A stretch of DNA of 64,000 bases from positions 202,647 to 266,646 of the IMG/VR virus record IMGVR_UViG_3300037294_000266; one strand, written 5' to 3'. Position numbers and translations under genes: made by a program. A model generated the notes under the pieces. The model did no database searches and was not told where the DNA came from. It worked only from the letters and a program-made list of their open reading frames with translations. Shown piece by piece: positions 59,031-64,000 of the stretch (positions within the stretch are counted from its first letter, which is position 1; each line of letters starts with the position of its first letter).

Positions 59031-60941
59031 TTAAACCAAGCGAAGACCGACGATGTCACGAGCGCCGCTGGCTGCTACCAGTTCGACACACATGTTGTCT
59101 GCTGTCACCATGTAGATACGCCCACCGCCCGCCGTCTTACGCCCAATGGCGTAAAGATTGCGAAGCAGATCAGCCATGGCTGGGTCAGCACCTTGACCAG
59201 TACGCTGAGGAACACGCATTTCACCAGACACCATACCGAACAGATCGAGGTTTGCCTTGACATGCAGGTACGACGCCGGTTTGAACAGAACAACAACATT
59301 CTCACGGAACTTGGTATAGTCTTCCGCATCGTCATCGCTCTTGGTCAGCAGATCGCCACAGTCCAGGAACTCCATACGTTCGCCAGCGTCAGTCATGTAC
59401 CAGAGACTAGCCATGATGATCTTGGTGCGAGCCAAGAACTGAGAGGAGTACGACGCACCCAGTTTCTTGAACGCAGAACAGTTGACAAGATCTTCGAAGT
59501 CTTCAGTGAAGCTGTCGATAGACAATGTACCCAGACCGAACTGATCACGCAGAGCCGAGTTTACCTCAGTGGTATAGTGACGATCGATGTGAGTCATGAC
59601 GTTCTCAGTCACAACACCACGCAACGACTTCAAGCGCTGCTGGACGACCAGCAAGTCGCTATCGGAAGGACTGATTGCCCCCAACGATTCCAAACCGCTC
59701 ACGGTGGCCGGATCGGCCGCCATCATGGTACCTTGGATGGCATTGGTAGCAACTACGTCATTGGAATGCTTAGCGCCTAGGCCAGCAGCAGACAGAATAC
59801 CTTCTTCAACACTGCCAATGTACGCAGCCTTCTCACGGATGAACGGGTTGCTAACATCCACTTCACCCAAGAACTCACGCACGGCGCAGCGATACGTGTT
59901 TTCAGCAGCATCAAGATCAATGGCATCGATATCTTCGCCAGGCATTACAACATCGCCTTCGAAACGATCCAAGGTATTGCGTGGGCGGTTAGGCCGGGTG
60001 CTGCTACGGATAACGTGAGATTCTTCTGTGAGATCTTCAGTCATTGCGATGAACTCCTCGCGGATAGTGCCATCGACACCCTTGACAAGGAAGCGGACTT
60101 CTTGCTCTGGGTTGTACGAACGGCGGGTCTGTTGTTTTGCAGAGCAGCTCCAAACGAACTTGGACAGATGAGCAAGCTGCCAAGTCTCCCCATTTGAAAT
60201 GAAGCTGTCATACGGACGTGCCAAGTCCATGTTAGGACCGTCTCCCTCTACTTGCTCAGGAGTATCACGTAACGGCTGGCGGTCGGTACGTGGTTGTACA
60301 GGTGCTGGTGCATTGGTTCCGCGCTGAGAACTGAATCGTGCTGCAACTGGAGCGTTGTCAGCAGGTTCATCGAACACACGACTGGTACGTACATTAGGCA
60401 TCCCGCCACCACCGAATGTACCATTGCCAGCAGGGCGACCGCCTTCATCACGACTGTTAGTGTCGAAGATGCTGCGGCGTTGCCCAACAGGCTCCTGGCC
60501 AGCAAATACACTGCGACGACCAGGGCCGTTGTCACGAGAACGATAGTCTTGGCCACGACCGCGTCCGCGACCACCGCCTTTTAACTGGTTCAGGATGTCT
60601 TCCCACACACCAGCTGCCTTCTTCAGCGAGTGATACACACCGTCATCGACAGAGTCCATCAGCTTGCGGTCAGACATGGCTACATAGCCAGCATGCGCAT
60701 CAACGACATTCACGACAGCACTGTTGATGATGTTGGTTTCTTCGCGGTCATTGCGAGCACCGCGAATTTCGTCAGTGACAGCTGTCACGACAACATCAAC
60801 TACATTGCCCATTTCCTGGTTGTTCCAGTTACTGCTCGACATGTAGCTTGCATAGTCGTAACGGATCTGGTTGTCATTCGCACGGTTTTCGATGTAGTCG
60901 ATTACACGGTCGTAGACGAAGTCAGCGAGGTTGTTGCTCAT
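59031..60941 (-). CDS. Conserved hypothetical protein adjacent to nvRNAP subunit
   Basis: 636 aa with an RG-rich low-complexity linker. Confidence 0.6.
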   Translation of the reverse strand: MSNNLADFVYDRVIDYIENRANDNQIRYDYASYMSSSNWNNQEMGNVVDVVVTAVTDEIRGARNDREETNIINSAVVNVVDAHAGYVAMSDRKLMDSVDDGVYHSLKKAAGVWEDILNQLKGGGRGRGRGQDYRSRDNGPGRRSVFAGQEPVGQRRSIFDTNSRDEGGRPAGNGTFGGGGMPNVRTSRVFDEPADNAPVAARFSSQRGTNAPAPVQPRTDRQPLRDTPEQVEGDGPNMDLARPYDSFISNGETWQLAHLSKFVWSCSAKQQTRRSYNPEQEVRFLVKGVDGTIREEFIAMTEDLTEESHVIRSSTRPNRPRNTLDRFEGDVVMPGEDIDAIDLDAAENTYRCAVREFLGEVDVSNPFIREKAAYIGSVEEGILSAAGLGAKHSNDVVATNAIQGTMMAADPATVSGLESLGAISPSDSDLLVVQQRLKSLRGVVTENVMTHIDRHYTTEVNSALRDQFGLGTLSIDSFTEDFEDLVNCSAFKKLGASYSSQFLARTKIIMASLWYMTDAGERMEFLDCGDLLTKSDDDAEDYTKFRENVVVLFKPASYLHVKANLDLFGMVSGEMRVPQRTGQGADPAMADLLRNLYAIGRKTAGGGRIYMVTADNMCVELVAASGARDIVGLRLV

Positions 60942-60963
60942 TTCTTGTTTCTCCAGCTGGATG

Positions 60964-62613
60964 TTAGACGCGTTGGATCAAACGTTGTACACCGTTCAGT
61001 AGATCCGCGAATTCAGGATTCTCTTCAGTCTGATGGTCATCACTTAACGTAATGCACGGATTGAAGGTATTGTTACCATAAGGCGCTGATTTACGCAGCA
61101 CGCCAAATCCGGAGACGGCGGCATACGAAGCGTCGAGGTACATGGTAGGGCCGATTGGCTTGGCATCCTGTCCCTTACCACGCCCGTGCGTATCATTCTG
61201 TTGAATGATCGTCGAGGTGATCTTAAAGAACATGTTGTCACTCGGGTTGGATACCGAGGAGACTTCTGGATGCTCAGCTGCAGAGCTGATGCCGTGAATC
61301 AACCATGGATTGAAATGCTTACGGAGTGTATCTTCAAACTCCCTGTCCGTAAGTATCTTCCTACTGTTACCACTGATCTTGAAGAGGAATTCGAACATGC
61401 TGTTATTGATGTTACGAAGCAAGTAGCGCAACACTTCGAGACGCTTATTGTACAAGCAGGCCTCACGACCTCGATTCTTGTCCAACATGTTTTGCATCTC
61501 GCGCATGATGTAAGCCATCAGGTCGTACAAATCTCGGCAGCTCACTTGCACACTCTGGAGAGTCTTGATCGTTTCTTGATCGACATACCCATCCAGCGAA
61601 TTCAAATGTATTTCGACGTCATCTACAAGTCGACCATAATTGTTGTTCTCACCCCAGAGAATGAAAGCCATCCAGACTTTCCAATGGTAGGTGAGACCCA
61701 TGAGTTCATTCAGATCTTCCGGGACGTGATCCGGGAAATGGTCGATCACATAGAAGAACCCAGTTGCGAAGCTTTTAGCCAGATCGCTCCATGAACCTCG
61801 GTCAACCAACAAGACAAGATCGGTAGCGATCATCTCATAGTTGCGACGTGGGTTTATTCCCGGCGGTGCTTTACGCATCGACGTGACTTTCACCCAATGG
61901 TCGGTTGGATATTTTGCTTCATCATAGTCCTCAGCATGCATTACGATTGGCCGTGTGCCTGTGTATTTCTCAAAGGCACCTTGCAAACCGTACTTACAGA
62001 AGAGGTAATGTGGCAACGAACTGAACACATGACCTATACGAATCAGGTCACTGCGATTTCGCGATTTCTTACCACCCTTGTTGTGCAACAGCGAATGTAC
62101 CACATCGCCTTTTACACGCACGTCATCCACCAAGATCGTGTAGTTCTCACGGTTGAAGGAGATCGGTGCACGTGGGATGCGGATAAAGACGCCGTTCTCT
62201 TCGACTTCGAATGCAATGTCACCCATGACAGGCGATACTGCAAACTGTTTGCCGGAGATGTCGAGCATACCGGCCTGACGGACATAGGGCAGGTACATGT
62301 ACATCGGCGCAAGATCGCGCCCTTCATTGCGGAAGAGATACTTCACGAGATACACACTGCTTTGCGCAATGTCAAACGTCCGGGTGTTACCTGAACGAGG
62401 TCGTGTGATTACATTGTACACTTCCAAAGGAGTGCAGCGTTCGCTTCGTACATATTCAAACCCAGCCGGGTACTGCGACTCACCACAACGAATGATGTTG
62501 TCGATATATTCCTTGGCATATGGCACGTCTTTACATGCGATGCCCCGCACTACATCCTTGTTGAAAACAGGTGAGTGACGGTCGTGGCTGAATTTGAATA
62601 ATTTATGGTTCAT
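60964..62613 (-). CDS. rpoB: Non-virion RNA polymerase beta subunit, N-terminal fragment (phiKZ gp123-like)
   Basis: 549 aa; AGMLDISGKQFAVSPVM...GVFIRI resembles RpoB GTFIINGTERVIVSQ; VSNPSDNMFFKITS near the C-terminus; synteny. Confidence 0.75.
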   Translation of the reverse strand: MNHKLFKFSHDRHSPVFNKDVVRGIACKDVPYAKEYIDNIIRCGESQYPAGFEYVRSERCTPLEVYNVITRPRSGNTRTFDIAQSSVYLVKYLFRNEGRDLAPMYMYLPYVRQAGMLDISGKQFAVSPVMGDIAFEVEENGVFIRIPRAPISFNRENYTILVDDVRVKGDVVHSLLHNKGGKKSRNRSDLIRIGHVFSSLPHYLFCKYGLQGAFEKYTGTRPIVMHAEDYDEAKYPTDHWVKVTSMRKAPPGINPRRNYEMIATDLVLLVDRGSWSDLAKSFATGFFYVIDHFPDHVPEDLNELMGLTYHWKVWMAFILWGENNNYGRLVDDVEIHLNSLDGYVDQETIKTLQSVQVSCRDLYDLMAYIMREMQNMLDKNRGREACLYNKRLEVLRYLLRNINNSMFEFLFKISGNSRKILTDREFEDTLRKHFNPWLIHGISSAAEHPEVSSVSNPSDNMFFKITSTIIQQNDTHGRGKGQDAKPIGPTMYLDASYAAVSGFGVLRKSAPYGNNTFNPCITLSDDHQTEENPEFADLLNGVQRLIQRV

Positions 62614-62628
62614 AGAACGCCTTCTATT

Positions 62629-63753
62629 TCAGGACTTCAACTTCGACAATATCCCGTAGATGGTTATTGCCGCCCCAAGTAACGCAACTCCTGTCTTGGC
62701 CCATTCAACATAGTTCCGCCTTGCAGCAGACTCCCTGTCCTGTTGAGCTTTCGATAATGCACCGTCATTACGCAACCGTTGGAGCTCGGTGTCAGCATCC
62801 AGCTGCTCTGTGCGTAACATGGCTTCCCCCACTTTCCGTGCAGTTGTCTCTCGCTCAATGATACTCTTGGCGACGACTTCTAATGGACCGCCATTAATGG
62901 CATCCTCGACTGTACGGTGAAGATTAAACTTCACATCGGCTTCTTCGAATGTATAGTGACGAGTCACCACATCCGATATCATCTCACCGTCCTTAATCGG
63001 AGCGCGTGAAACAACATGTACGCCTGTGTTATATCCTGAATCACGCTCAATCGGAATGGCATGTATCTCGCCCCCGATGTTAACATAGCGATGCGCGCGC
63101 TGTACCACAGAAGCGTTATCTACAGCCTTTATCATTAAGACAAAGGTACTCTCTGCCACACCTGGGACAATCGAACAGACCATGGATTCATCACGTTTGA
63201 CTTTATCAAACGGATGTACAGCACCACGATCAGTAATCCACTCTACGAGCAGATCGACATCCGGCATATAGCAACGCCCGCTGGCGTTAATGAGGTCATT
63301 GTAGTAGATAACATATTCTACACTGGCTTGCAATACTTGGTTGTGCTTATCAGCATAAAGAACTGCGTCGTAGGCACGAATCCAATTATAGCACTCTCGG
63401 TCTTCTGGACATGCCCGTGCTCTAAGAACACTCACGGCGTTTTCCATTGACTCTCGAGACATCTGATGCGTAACGCACACAATGAACTCATCACAATTAA
63501 CCCTGCCAATCGGCGGAGCTGTTATAGATGAGCCATCGCGAGTCGTCAAAATGACGTCACGGTCAGTGTAGTTGTAATAAGCTACTGTGGTAATAGGTCC
63601 GCCACGAACACCTGCCTCGTGCTTGGGACTAGCTACTCTCAGGCGTGATGCACTTTTCTGCTGGTAAGGGAATGGCTCCCTCTCTTGGTTTCGACGGGTA
63701 CTCGGTCTTGCTGCCTGATGTTGGCTGGTCTCAGAACGTGAGGTCTTTACCAT
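62629..63753 (-). CDS. Conserved hypothetical protein with C-terminal TM
   Basis: 374 aa ending GVALLGAAITIYGILSKLKS. Confidence 0.6.
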   Translation of the reverse strand: MVKTSRSETSQHQAARPSTRRNQEREPFPYQQKSASRLRVASPKHEAGVRGGPITTVAYYNYTDRDVILTTRDGSSITAPPIGRVNCDEFIVCVTHQMSRESMENAVSVLRARACPEDRECYNWIRAYDAVLYADKHNQVLQASVEYVIYYNDLINASGRCYMPDVDLLVEWITDRGAVHPFDKVKRDESMVCSIVPGVAESTFVLMIKAVDNASVVQRAHRYVNIGGEIHAIPIERDSGYNTGVHVVSRAPIKDGEMISDVVTRHYTFEEADVKFNLHRTVEDAINGGPLEVVAKSIIERETTARKVGEAMLRTEQLDADTELQRLRNDGALSKAQQDRESAARRNYVEWAKTGVALLGAAITIYGILSKLKS

Positions 63754-63816
63754 ATTAGAATGGCCCTTATTTTTTAAATAACTGGCTTATTTTATTACTT
63801 GCTATTACCTTCTGTT

Positions 63817-63836
63817 AGATAATGTATTGTTTAAAA
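63817..63836 (-). promoter_or_regulatory. Candidate early promoter
   Basis: Minus strand TTTTAAACAATACATTATCT upstream of the nvRNAP-containing operon. Confidence 0.55.
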
Positions 63837-63861
63837 CGATTAGAGTGGATTCCTGACTGAC

Positions 63862-63894
63862 GACATAAAGCGGAGCCGAAGCCCCGCTTTATGT
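63862..63894 (-). terminator. Hairpin
   Basis: acataaagcgg-agccgaagcc-ccgctttatgt. Confidence 0.7.
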
Positions 63895-63911
63895 TTTTGT
63901 CGTTTTAACCC

Positions 63912-63998
63912 TTACGGATTAAGGTCGACTACTAGCGCTGGAATCACTGGGGGTACCAGGTCTGCCAGATCAAGGGGCACCTGAGGTGTCACCGGGAA
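63912..63998 (-). CDS. 3' end of a gene extending beyond the window
   Basis: ...FPVTPQVPLDLADLVPPVIPALVVDLNP* followed by a hairpin. Confidence 0.45.
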   Translation of the reverse strand, partial: FPVTPQVPLDLADLVPPVIPALVVDLNP

Positions 63999-64000
63999 AT

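Noticed and set aside
58989-59780. 263-aa + strand ORF
   Set aside because: Antisense shadow of the 636-aa minus-strand gene; no RBS or protein-like features.

Overview
This window is a segment of a phiKZ-like (Chimalliviridae-type, probably nucleus-forming) jumbo myophage genome. The host cannot be read from the sequence, but gene content and order resemble Pseudomonas phiKZ relatives. Core genes: a 5'-truncated gp181-like tail protein with a lytic transglycosylase domain, baseplate/virion proteins, split RNAP beta fragments (virion gp149-like and non-virion gp123-like), UvsX, RNase HI, SbcC, central spike plus PAAR, two tail fibres with NPHxVTKxQVGLG repeats, endolysin, portal, RuvC and a CYTH protein. 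The standout is a ~13 kb tightly coupled cluster (30520-43733) between the tail-fibre genes and the endolysin. It encodes six radical SAM proteins with SPASM/twitch-like Cys-rich tails, a cupin/JmjC-like protein, three 2OG-Fe(II)-type oxygenases, several unknown proteins and a 177-aa protein ending in (C-H-x-S)3-RGRR. An antisense ATP-grasp gene interrupts it. The best interpretation (inference) is a phage-encoded RiPP-like modification system acting on a tail-fibre-associated protein. No tRNA, rRNA, CRISPR array or IS element was seen. phiKZ gp numbers come from recalled family knowledge and synteny, not database searches.
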